From positions 5,049 to 69,048 of the forward strand of contig JAYPYG010000003.1 of the NCBI GenBank assembly GCA_038280095.1: DNA of 64,000 nt, in the 5' to 3' direction. This document shows, piece by piece, positions 10,734 through 19,284 of the stretch (positions within the stretch are counted from its first letter, which is position 1; every line of letters begins with the position of its first letter). The translations under genes and the position numbers were made by a program. Under the pieces are notes generated by a model, which saw only the letters and a program-made list of their open reading frames with translations, had not been told where the DNA came from and searched no databases. The DNA is from Fidelibacterota bacterium (lineage in GTDB: Bacteria; Fidelibacterota; Marinisomatia; Marinisomatales; Marinisomataceae).

Positions 10734-11323
10734 GGATTTAATTCGCTAATTTTTTTGATAAATTTTTGAATTGCTATACCACGGTGACTAACCTGATTTT
10801 TGACATCTGAATCCATTTCAGCTAGTGACAAATCAAATTCTGTAGAATAAAATATAGGATCATATCCAAATCCATTATTACCAACTTTAGACTTTAAAAT
10901 TTTTCCTTCAATAGTACCCTCAACATTAAAGTCATTAATACCATCAACAAAAGAAATTATTGTTCGAAATCTAGCAGTTCTTAGGTCGTCATCAATGCCA
11001 TATAATTTTTTTAAAAGTTTTGTCATATTTTCTTTATATGTTGCATTTTCTCCAGCATAACGAGCTGTATAAAGTCCCGGTGCTCCGTTCAATGCATCTA
11101 CTTCTAAAATTGTATCATCTGCAACAGACGCAATTTTTGTATAATGGAATGAAGCCGTTGATTTTATAATCGAATTTTCTTCAATAGTGTTTCCATCTTC
11201 AACTATTTCTCCAATTCCAGGAAAATCAGCTAAAGATAATATCTCATCAAAAAATGGTTGAATCTTTACAGAAATTTCAGATACTTTGTGTTTATTTGAA
11301 GTAGCAATAACAATTTTTTTCAT
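10730..11323 (-). CDS. rdgB: dITP/XTP pyrophosphatase (RdgB/HAM1 family)
   Basis: KIVIATSNKHKVSEI N-terminus, DDT..EVDALNGAPGLYTARYAG and FGYDPIF motifs. 4-nt overlap with the sprA start. Confidence 0.9.
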   Translation of the reverse strand: MKKIVIATSNKHKVSEISVKIQPFFDEILSLADFPGIGEIVEDGNTIEENSIIKSTASFHYTKIASVADDTILEVDALNGAPGLYTARYAGENATYKENMTKLLKKLYGIDDDLRTARFRTIISFVDGINDFNVEGTIEGKILKSKVGNNGFGYDPIFYSTEFDLSLAEMDSDVKNQVSHRGIAIQKFIKKISELNP

Positions 11324-11393
11324 TTCTAAAACTAAGAAATATTTATGTGTTTATTAAATAACTAATATTGCTTACCTTTTCAGGCATTTTGTT

Positions 11394-11466
<73 letters not shown>

Positions 11467-11476
11467 CTTCTTTATT

Positions 11477-12010
11477 ATGAAACTCAGTAAAAAAAATATA
11501 GCAATTATAGTTGTGACTACACTTCTTGTGGTCTTTATTGGTTCTTTTTTGAGACAACCAAAAGTCTATACATTCTATAAAGAACAATTTGTACCAAGCG
11601 ATATGGATACTGTATTTGAATTTTTTTCAAGACCTGAAAATCTTGAGAAAATAACTCCATCATCAATGGGTTTTAATATTATCACTCCAACGCCGATTGA
11701 AATGAAAGAAGGTGCTATAATTGACTATACTGTAAAAATTTTAGGAGTGCCTGTGCGCTGGAGAACTATGATTACTAGCTATAAAGAAAATGAATATTTT
11801 GTTGATGAGCAGCTTAAAGGTCCTTACAGTTACTGGCATCATAAACATACGTTTAAAGAGGTTGATGGAGGTATATTAATTATTGATGAAATAACTTATG
11901 CTTTACCAATTCAAGCCTTTCGAAGAATTGTTCATCCAATTTTGATAAAACCTCAGTTAAATCAAATCTTTGATTTCAGATTTCAAACAATTAAAGATAA
12001 ATTTAAGTAA
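11477..12010 (+). CDS. SRPBCC (START/cyclase-dehydrase-like) family protein with an N-terminal membrane anchor
   Basis: I start at ATG 11477 (MKLSKKNIAIIVVTTLLVVF), because the tracked ORF start at 11435 lies inside tRNA-Phe. FFSRPENLEKITP...YWHHKHTF resembles COG4276-type SRPBCC proteins. Confidence 0.65.
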   Translation: MKLSKKNIAIIVVTTLLVVFIGSFLRQPKVYTFYKEQFVPSDMDTVFEFFSRPENLEKITPSSMGFNIITPTPIEMKEGAIIDYTVKILGVPVRWRTMITSYKENEYFVDEQLKGPYSYWHHKHTFKEVDGGILIIDEITYALPIQAFRRIVHPILIKPQLNQIFDFRFQTIKDKFK

Positions 12011-12546
12011 TGATTAATTACATTCTTTCTAAGTCAAACATAATGATAAATTATGTCGGTTTTACGATTGTATGGTTTTCCTGTGTCTACAGTGGAGCTA
12101 AAGGAGACCCAATTATTGCTTTAATACCAACTTTTATTTTCTTATTCCTTCATTTTCTAATTGTCACAGACCATTTAAAAGAAGAAATACAACTAATTGT
12201 TATTTCTATTATCTTTGGTTTAATAGTTGACTCTAGTTTCTCTATACTTGGTTTTGTTAAATACAATGGTACATTAGATTTTGCGCCAAATCTAGCACCA
12301 CTTTGGATAGTTTGTATGTGGGCAGGTTTTACAGCTCAGATAAATCATGCTATGAAATTTTTGATCGGTAAATATCCATTAATTTGTTTCTATGGATTAC
12401 TTGCACCATTAGCATATATTGCTGGAGAAGGTATTGGCGCAGCTGTAGTTACAAATACTTATTTATCCTATGGATTTATTAGTATATCGTGGTCAATAAG
12501 TTTATTGTCTTTATTCAAAATTTCAGAATATTTAATGAGCAAATAA
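12010..12546 (+). CDS. DUF2878-like polytopic membrane protein
   Basis: About 5 hydrophobic helices, 178 aa. The family assignment is from memory of DUF2878 proteins that follow SRPBCC genes. The start is ambiguous (MINY occurs at codons 1 and 12). Confidence 0.5.
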   Translation: MINYILSKSNIMINYVGFTIVWFSCVYSGAKGDPIIALIPTFIFLFLHFLIVTDHLKEEIQLIVISIIFGLIVDSSFSILGFVKYNGTLDFAPNLAPLWIVCMWAGFTAQINHAMKFLIGKYPLICFYGLLAPLAYIAGEGIGAAVVTNTYLSYGFISISWSISLLSLFKISEYLMSK

Positions 12547-12547
12547 G

Positions 12548-13969
12548 ATGAAAAAGATTATTTTTTTAATCTCTTTAATATTTTTTGGCTGTGCATCACA
12601 AAAACCTATTGAACCTAATGAAGTTTTGGATTTTGATATTCCTGAGCAATGGGAAGTTAGCATTTCACAAAATTTAGATTTTGATCAAGAGTGGTGGAAA
12701 ATTTTTAATGACGATAATCTAAATTCTTATTTGGTTGAATTTATGGATGAAAATATAAATCTTGAAAAAGCGATGCTAAATACAAGAAAAGCCAAACAAG
12801 CATCAGTAATAGCAACTGGTAGTTTATTCCCATCAATTTCAGTAAATAGTAGTGCCGTTGAATCTGAGCAGAACACTGCAGGATTTCCTCCATTTTTTTC
12901 AACCTTATTTGGTCAATCATCTGATGAAGTAACCGTATTCACGCAAGAAAATTACAATCTATCACTTGGAACGCAATGGGAAATTGATTTGTGGGGCAAG
13001 CTTCGCCAAGGAAGAATTGCTACTAAACAACAATATCTATCTGCAATGTATTATGAAGATTTTCTTAAGCTTTCGCTGACTGCTGAGGCATCTAAGCTTT
13101 ATTTTTCAATAATTGAAGCAGAACAAGTTTTAAACAATGCATCAAAAAAACTTAAAAATGCAGAAACTATTTTTGAGCTATATTCACTTCGCTACAACAA
13201 AGGGAGTATTTCCTTACAAGCGTACCAACAATCAGAAATAATATTTAATGCAACAAAATCTGATTATAATAATAAACTTCTGATTGTTAATTCTCTTAAA
13301 AGAGAAGCAAAGTTGCTTGTAAAAGACTACCCTTCAACAGAATTTGTAGTTAACAATAACTTTCCTAAAAAATTACCAAGCATTCCAAGTACTCTACCAG
13401 CAGATATTGTCAAAAGAAGGCCAGATTTAATTGCTCAACAATATAATTTACTCGCTAATAAAGCTTTAGATAGGCAAGCTCTTCTAACTTTATTTCCAAC
13501 TTTTAGTCTTACTGGAAGTTATGGAAGCTCATCAAATGATTTAGAAGATTTAACTAATGAAGACTTTTCAGTATGGAATAAAGGATTAAACGTTTTTGTT
13601 CCAGTATTTAATGCAGGAAAACTAATTGCAAATAAAAAACTTGCTAAGACTAATAGAGAAATTGCAATGCTTGATTTTGTAAATACTTTGCTAAATGCAT
13701 ATAAGGAAGTAGAAAGTGGATTTGAATCTGATTTAATATCAGATCAAGCTTTAGAAATAATTAATCAAAATATTATTTTATCGGAAAGTATCTACGATAC
13801 AACCTTTGAAGGATTTATTAAAGGATCTTCAACCTTCGAGGATGCTATTAATGCGAATAATGCACTTTATGACAATCTAGATTTAAAAGCTCGATTAGAA
13901 AAGGTTCGCATAGAACAGAGAATAAATTTAATTTTAGCTCTTGGCGGAGGATTTAAAACAAATGATTAA
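12548..13969 (+). CDS. efflux outer-membrane factor lipoprotein (TolC/NodT family)
   Basis: Lipobox IFFGC|ASQ. Two OEP-type repeats, 473 aa. First gene of the OMF-MFP-RND trio. Confidence 0.85.
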   Translation: MKKIIFLISLIFFGCASQKPIEPNEVLDFDIPEQWEVSISQNLDFDQEWWKIFNDDNLNSYLVEFMDENINLEKAMLNTRKAKQASVIATGSLFPSISVNSSAVESEQNTAGFPPFFSTLFGQSSDEVTVFTQENYNLSLGTQWEIDLWGKLRQGRIATKQQYLSAMYYEDFLKLSLTAEASKLYFSIIEAEQVLNNASKKLKNAETIFELYSLRYNKGSISLQAYQQSEIIFNATKSDYNNKLLIVNSLKREAKLLVKDYPSTEFVVNNNFPKKLPSIPSTLPADIVKRRPDLIAQQYNLLANKALDRQALLTLFPTFSLTGSYGSSSNDLEDLTNEDFSVWNKGLNVFVPVFNAGKLIANKKLAKTNREIAMLDFVNTLLNAYKEVESGFESDLISDQALEIINQNIILSESIYDTTFEGFIKGSSTFEDAINANNALYDNLDLKARLEKVRIEQRINLILALGGGFKTND

Positions 13970-15104
13970 AAAATTAAAACCATTATTTATCTTATTAGGC
14001 GCATTTGCTATATCATATTTGTTATGGCTGCTAGGCCAGGTGCAACCTGACCCGGTAGAAGAAGCGCCAGCGCCGGACGTTATTGTTAAAATTTTAACCC
14101 CTAAAGATTTTCAAATTCAAATAAGTTCTAACGGTACAACAACGCCTCTCACCCAGACAGTATTGACTGCAGAAGTTGGTGGTGAAGTTATCTATCGTTC
14201 AAAAAAGTTTTCTGAAGGTTCATCAGTTATGGAAGGTGAAATTTTGGCAAAAATTGATGATACAGACTTACAACTACAGTACAAAAATGCTTTATTACAA
14301 TTGGCAAATGCTGAAGTACAGCATTCATTGCAATTGGCAGAAGCAGAAGTTGCCAAAGAAGCCTGGGAAAAAATAGGTGATGGTGTTGCTAGCGATTTGA
14401 CACTGAAAAAACCTCAGCTAAAGCAGGCTGAAGCATTATTGGAAGTGGCTAAAGCTCAGGTTAGTTCAGCCAAAAACAAATTAAACAAAACAGAAATCGT
14501 AGCACCTTATGCTGGCAGAATTCAAAGTGTAAATATTGATTTAGGTACAACAATTATTCCTGGACAGCCAGTTGGAGCTCTATACACTTCAAGCGAGATT
14601 GAAGTTACTTTAGCTGTAAAGGATAACGACTTGCAATTCTTGAGCATACCAATGGATGGAAGAAAGTTAGATCCAAGTGAACAAGCATTAGTTGAAATTA
14701 GAAGTTTTTATAAAGGTAAGAATCAAACTTGGATTGGGAGACTTGAAAGAGTAGACGGAGTTATAGACCCAGTTACAAGAATGATTAATCTTATTGCAGT
14801 CTTCAAAAACGATTTTATTGAAACTGATAAACCGAATCTTCCTATCGGACTATTTGTTGAAGCACAAATTGATGGTATTATATTAAAAGATATTTATTCA
14901 ATACCTATAAACGCAATTTCTGAAAATAATGAAGTATATATTGTAAATAATGATAATGAATTAGAATCAAGACAACTATCGATTCTGAAAAAATATAGTG
15001 ATTTTGTGATTGTTAAAGATGGACTGAAAGCTGGAGAAAGAATTGTCATATCTAAACTTTCAACTGCATCTAATGGAATAAAAGTTAACCCAGTATACAA
15101 ATAA
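13962..15104 (+). CDS. efflux RND periplasmic adaptor (membrane fusion protein)
   Basis: N-terminal anchor, coiled-coil hairpin (LQLANAEVQHSLQLAEAEVAKEAW...), and VAPYAGRIQSVNIDLGTTIIPGQPVGALY lipoyl/beta-barrel motif. ATG 13962 is preferred over the TTG at 13941. Confidence 0.85.
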   Translation: MIKKLKPLFILLGAFAISYLLWLLGQVQPDPVEEAPAPDVIVKILTPKDFQIQISSNGTTTPLTQTVLTAEVGGEVIYRSKKFSEGSSVMEGEILAKIDDTDLQLQYKNALLQLANAEVQHSLQLAEAEVAKEAWEKIGDGVASDLTLKKPQLKQAEALLEVAKAQVSSAKNKLNKTEIVAPYAGRIQSVNIDLGTTIIPGQPVGALYTSSEIEVTLAVKDNDLQFLSIPMDGRKLDPSEQALVEIRSFYKGKNQTWIGRLERVDGVIDPVTRMINLIAVFKNDFIETDKPNLPIGLFVEAQIDGIILKDIYSIPINAISENNEVYIVNNDNELESRQLSILKKYSDFVIVKDGLKAGERIVISKLSTASNGIKVNPVYK

Positions 15105-18100
15105 TGCGCGGAATTGTTACTTGGTTTGTAAATAATAGTGTTCCTTCTAACCTATTTATGTTTTTCTTAATAGTTGGAGGATTTTTTATATCTTATCCAT
15201 CGATAAAAGCAGAATTTTTCCCCACACCAGATCCAAAAGTAGTAACCATTGGGGTTCCTTATCCTGGTGCCTCTGCATCTGAAGTTGAAGCTTCCATTTC
15301 TTCAAAAATAGAGGATCGTCTTGAAGGCGTTGCTGGAATTAAAAAGATAAATTCAAGATCACTCGAAGGGTATGGCTATGTTGGTATTAGGGTTTTTCCT
15401 AGCGCAGATTTTGATAATACAGTTGAAGAAATAAAAACTATTATTGATGGTATTACCACTTTCCCTGAAAATAGTGAAGAACCAATCGTCAAAAAACTTG
15501 AGATTGTTGAAAAAGTTCTTGATGTAGTAATTCATGGGGATGTAGATGAAAATACTCTTTTGAGTGTTACTAAAAGTATTAACGAAGAAATAAAAAATCT
15601 TAGTGAAGTATCATTTACTGAAATTTATGGTAATAGAAATAGAGAAATATCTATAGAAATTTCTGAAAATAGTTTAGAAAAATATAACTTAACATTTGAT
15701 GAAATTGCCTTTGCAATAAACATGGGTTCGATTGATCTTCCAGGAGGGGTCATCTCAAGCACTAAAGGTGATTTACTTATTCGTACAGTTGGACAATCTT
15801 ATAAAGGATCTGAATTTGAGAATATAGTAATCAGGGCTAATCAGAATGGTAGCAAGCTCCTCTTGAAAGACATTGCTACAATTAAAGATACATTCGAAGA
15901 GGTAGATAAATTTATAAAATGGGACGGTGCTAATGCTATGTTCATTAGTGCAAATCTTGTTGGTGATCAAGACGTACTTACCGCAGCTAATCAATTAAGA
16001 AATTTTGTAAAAAATAAGAAAAATGATATGCCAAAAAATATCCAAATTGACTATTGGTATGATCAAGCAAGATTTTTAGAAGACAGAATAAATATATTAT
16101 ACAAAAATTTTGCTGTTGGAATGATTCTAGTGCTGATTCTTTTAACTATGTTTTTGAGACCATCTGTTGCATTCTGGGTTGCTATGGGAATTCCAATTTC
16201 ATTTGGAGGTGCTTTAATTTTACTTCCAATGCTTGGAGTTACAATAAATGTATTGTCAACATTTATGTTTATTGTAGTTCTTGGAATTGTAGTTGATGAT
16301 GCAATCATTGTTGGAGAAAATGTTTTCAGAAGAAGAATAAAGCTCAATGAAGACAATTTTACTTCGACTGTTAAAGGTACTATGGAAGTAATGCTTCCGG
16401 TATTTTTTGGTATTCTAACTACGATAGTTGTTTTTGCTCCCATGCTTGATTTAGCTGGAGATACCGGTCCTATTTGGAGAACTTTTCCATTAACTGCTAT
16501 ACCAATTCTTGTATTTTCTTTAATTGAATCCACAACAATTCTGCCTGCTCATTTAAATCATGCTGGAGAATGGTTTCAACATAGATTTGTAAAATTTGGT
16601 AAAGCCCTGAGTGCTGCAAGAAATTACTTTTCAGAAAAATTATATACATTCATTGACAATAAGTGGCTTCCATTGGTTAAAAAATCTATCAAGAACCGCT
16701 ATCAAACTATTTCAATTTTTGTTGGAGTACTTTTAATATCTTTTTCCTTGCTTGCTGGAGGCTGGGTAAAGTGGCAATTTTTTCCTGTTTTAGAAGCTGA
16801 AGAAATAGCAATCGTAGTTGATCTTCCTGAAGGAACGCCTATAACCACTACTGAACAGGTAACAAGAATAATTGAAGAAGAAGCTCTTAAACTCAAAAGA
16901 GAATTGAATACTGAAAATGATAAAAAAATTATTTCTCATGTTTTGACAGCTGTTGGTGACCAATATTTTAGCAACCAAGAAGCTCAGAATAGCCCTACTG
17001 GACCAACAATTCAAGCTGCTTCAACACCTCATGTTGGAGAAGTGGTGGTAATTCTTACACCTGCTGACAGTAGATGGGGTTTAACCGGAGCATACGATAT
17101 TATTAATATTTTAAGAAATAGGATTGGTATTATACCTGGTGTTGAGAGGCTAAACTTTAGTGCAAATATTTTCAGCGCTGGAAAACCAATTCATTTTGAA
17201 TTTTCAGGTAACGATTTTGATGACTTGAATCGAGTGGTCAGTCAAACTAAATCTTTATTAAGTAATTATGCTGGTGTTTATGATTTAACAGATTCAGATA
17301 AGATTGGTAAAAGTGAACTTCAAATTGAACTTCTTCCTGCAGCAGAGTCATATGGACTTACTACTGCAATGATAGCAAAACAAGTTAGGCAGGCATTTTA
17401 TGGTGAAGAAGTGCAACGAATTCAACGTCAAGATGATGATATAAGAGTTATGTTAAAGCTTACTAAAAGCGAGAGAGATAATGCTAGAACACTTGAAAAT
17501 TTGAGAATTAGGACAAATACTGGTATTAAAATTCCATTGTACGCTGTTGCAAAAGTTAAAGAAATACCAGGTAAATCTGCGATTCAAAGAATTGATGGAA
17601 AACGAGTAGTTGAAATAACTTCGGATGTAGATATTAGCAAAAATACATCCTCAATGATTCTATCTTCCATGCTTGGTCCTGAAGGAAATCCAATTAGAGA
17701 CTTTAAAAATATTTTAAGTAAAGAACAGAATGTATCATTTGCACTTGCAGGAGAAGCAGCGGAGCAGGCGGAGCAGCTTCAAGATATATTTGTAAAATTT
17801 GGTTTAGCAATTTTTACTATTTTTGTTTTATTGGCAATTCCACTTAAATCCTATTTTAAACCATTGATTATTCTATCAGCTATTCCATTTGGAATGGTTG
17901 GTGCTATTTTAGGACACCTAATGCTCTTTCAACCAATGTCTGTTTTATCATTATTAGGAGTTGTAGCTCTTTCTGGAGTTGTGGTAAATGACAGCTTACT
18001 ACTCGTAGTTTTCGTTAATAGAGCTAAAGAAAAAGGCGATAGTACATTAAAGGCTGTAACAGATGCAGTTAGATCAAGATTTAGACCAGTAATATTAACC

Positions 18101-18301
18101 TCACTTACAACTTTTCTAGGGATTGCTCCTCTACTCTTTAATCAATCAACTCAAGTACTGTTCTTAAAGCCAATGGCAATTTCATTAGGAATTGGAATTT
18201 TATTTGCAACATTTGTCATTCTACTATTAGTGCCAGTATCATATGTGATTATTGATGATTTTATCAATTTGATATCAGGAAATAAAAAGAAAAGCGCCTA
18301 A
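15104..18301 (+). CDS. RND efflux transporter permease (AcrB/HAE family)
   Basis: 1065 aa with a 12-TM pattern. TM4 motif GIVVDDAIIVGENV and pseudo-repeat GVVVNDSLLLVVF. 1-nt overlap with the adaptor gene. Confidence 0.9.
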   Translation: MRGIVTWFVNNSVPSNLFMFFLIVGGFFISYPSIKAEFFPTPDPKVVTIGVPYPGASASEVEASISSKIEDRLEGVAGIKKINSRSLEGYGYVGIRVFPSADFDNTVEEIKTIIDGITTFPENSEEPIVKKLEIVEKVLDVVIHGDVDENTLLSVTKSINEEIKNLSEVSFTEIYGNRNREISIEISENSLEKYNLTFDEIAFAINMGSIDLPGGVISSTKGDLLIRTVGQSYKGSEFENIVIRANQNGSKLLLKDIATIKDTFEEVDKFIKWDGANAMFISANLVGDQDVLTAANQLRNFVKNKKNDMPKNIQIDYWYDQARFLEDRINILYKNFAVGMILVLILLTMFLRPSVAFWVAMGIPISFGGALILLPMLGVTINVLSTFMFIVVLGIVVDDAIIVGENVFRRRIKLNEDNFTSTVKGTMEVMLPVFFGILTTIVVFAPMLDLAGDTGPIWRTFPLTAIPILVFSLIESTTILPAHLNHAGEWFQHRFVKFGKALSAARNYFSEKLYTFIDNKWLPLVKKSIKNRYQTISIFVGVLLISFSLLAGGWVKWQFFPVLEAEEIAIVVDLPEGTPITTTEQVTRIIEEEALKLKRELNTENDKKIISHVLTAVGDQYFSNQEAQNSPTGPTIQAASTPHVGEVVVILTPADSRWGLTGAYDIINILRNRIGIIPGVERLNFSANIFSAGKPIHFEFSGNDFDDLNRVVSQTKSLLSNYAGVYDLTDSDKIGKSELQIELLPAAESYGLTTAMIAKQVRQAFYGEEVQRIQRQDDDIRVMLKLTKSERDNARTLENLRIRTNTGIKIPLYAVAKVKEIPGKSAIQRIDGKRVVEITSDVDISKNTSSMILSSMLGPEGNPIRDFKNILSKEQNVSFALAGEAAEQAEQLQDIFVKFGLAIFTIFVLLAIPLKSYFKPLIILSAIPFGMVGAILGHLMLFQPMSVLSLLGVVALSGVVVNDSLLLVVFVNRAKEKGDSTLKAVTDAVRSRFRPVILTSLTTFLGIAPLLFNQSTQVLFLKPMAISLGIGILFATFVILLLVPVSYVIIDDFINLISGNKKKSA

Positions 18302-18912
18302 GCTTCAAACTGTGAGTAGTTATGATATCTAACTTTTGCAGGATCATCATAATCAATTTTGACAATGGCTTTCTTTAAGATTCTTTTAAGAATAATAAGT
18401 CTATCCTTTTCTGATTGACTTTTTAACAACATTTTTTTTGCGCGCTTATCTATATCAAGCATAGATGCAATTTCAAATGCAGCTTTAGGCATGCTTATCT
18501 GAGCAATTTTTGCAGAGGCTCCTAATTTCATCAGTACTTCATATAAGAATACATTGGTTTCTTGGAGTAAAGTTTCATCTATTGAATCATCAATATCCTG
18601 CCAAGTTTTCACGTAAGCTTGTTTATAGTCTTTCGAATAGTTATAACTCTTAACAATAAATCGTTCAACTCCAGTTACAAGAATATCATACTCTCCTGTA
18701 TCTCCTTCAGCTGCCGTGATTTGAGTAATTTCAGCTGTACACCCAATAGATAGTGTATCGTTATTTCTAGAATTAACAATACCAAATTTTTGATTATGCT
18801 TTAAGCAATATTCAACCATCTTTTTGTACTTTGCTTCAAAGATATGCAGCGGGAGTTTTTCTCCTGGAAGCAAAACTAAAGGGAGTGGGAAAATTGGAAT
18901 TTTATCATTCAT
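18298..18912 (-). CDS. stand-alone Lon N-terminal (LON substrate-binding) domain protein
   Basis: IPIFPLPLVLLPGEKLPLHIFEAKYKKM is the typical start of the Lon N-domain. At 204 aa, it has no AAA+ or protease domain. Confidence 0.7.
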   Translation of the reverse strand: MNDKIPIFPLPLVLLPGEKLPLHIFEAKYKKMVEYCLKHNQKFGIVNSRNNDTLSIGCTAEITQITAAEGDTGEYDILVTGVERFIVKSYNYSKDYKQAYVKTWQDIDDSIDETLLQETNVFLYEVLMKLGASAKIAQISMPKAAFEIASMLDIDKRAKKMLLKSQSEKDRLIILKRILKKAIVKIDYDDPAKVRYHNYSQFEA

Positions 18913-18986
18913 TGTATTATCAAAATACGTATTGTTTTATTAATTTTCACTATCAAAATTTTAAAAATTCTATTAAAAGGGTAAAA

Positions 18987-19283
18987 ATGAAAAAAGATAT
19001 TTTAGATCACGTAGCCATTTGTACTGATGATATAAATAAATCAGTTGAGTGGTATACTGAAAATTTTAAATGTGATATTTTATATCAAGATAGTTCTTGG
19101 GCAATGCTTGAATTTGATAACGTTAAGTTAGCTTTAGTTTTACCTGAACAACATCCATTCCACTTTGCTATACTAAAAGATAATGTAGAAGATTATGGTA
19201 AGCCCGTAACTCATCGAGATGGATCTGTATCAGTGTATATAAAAGATAGATCTGGCAACAACATAGAAATTCTGAGGTACTAA
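18987..19283 (+). CDS. VOC/glyoxalase-family small protein
   Basis: MKKDILDHVAICTDDINKSVEWY...HFAIL fits a single glyoxalase/bleomycin-resistance module. The start is moved from 18831 to ATG 18987, which has an RBS (aaaagggtaaaa) and avoids overlapping the divergent gene. Confidence 0.65.
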   Translation: MKKDILDHVAICTDDINKSVEWYTENFKCDILYQDSSWAMLEFDNVKLALVLPEQHPFHFAILKDNVEDYGKPVTHRDGSVSVYIKDRSGNNIEILRY

Positions 19284-19284
19284 A

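Noticed and set aside
12010-12054. Duplicated start sequence ATGATTAATTAC ... ATGATAAATTAT (MINY twice) at the DUF2878 gene
   Set aside because: This is probably just alternative start candidates 11 codons apart in AT-rich sequence. There is no evidence for regulated dual initiation.
16063-16533. 156-aa antisense ORF inside the RND pump gene, with similar cases at 23395-23757, 45767-46141, 52431-52790, 31127-31468 and 38619-38909
   Set aside because: All of these lie wholly within strongly supported genes on the opposite strand. Their Ser/Ile/Phe/Leu-rich low-complexity translations are typical of antisense frames. None has independent start signals.
17759-17776. GC-rich 9-nt tandem duplication GCGGAGCAG x2 in the RND gene
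   Set aside because: It is in frame, encodes AEQAEQ in a predicted loop, and has only two copies. This is an ordinary slippage duplication, not a repeat element.
18831-18986. Long N-terminal extension of the VOC gene overlapping the divergent Lon-N gene start
   Set aside because: The extension is non-conserved-looking (YHSLYYQNTYCFINFHYQNF). ATG 18987 has an RBS and gives the typical VOC N-terminus.
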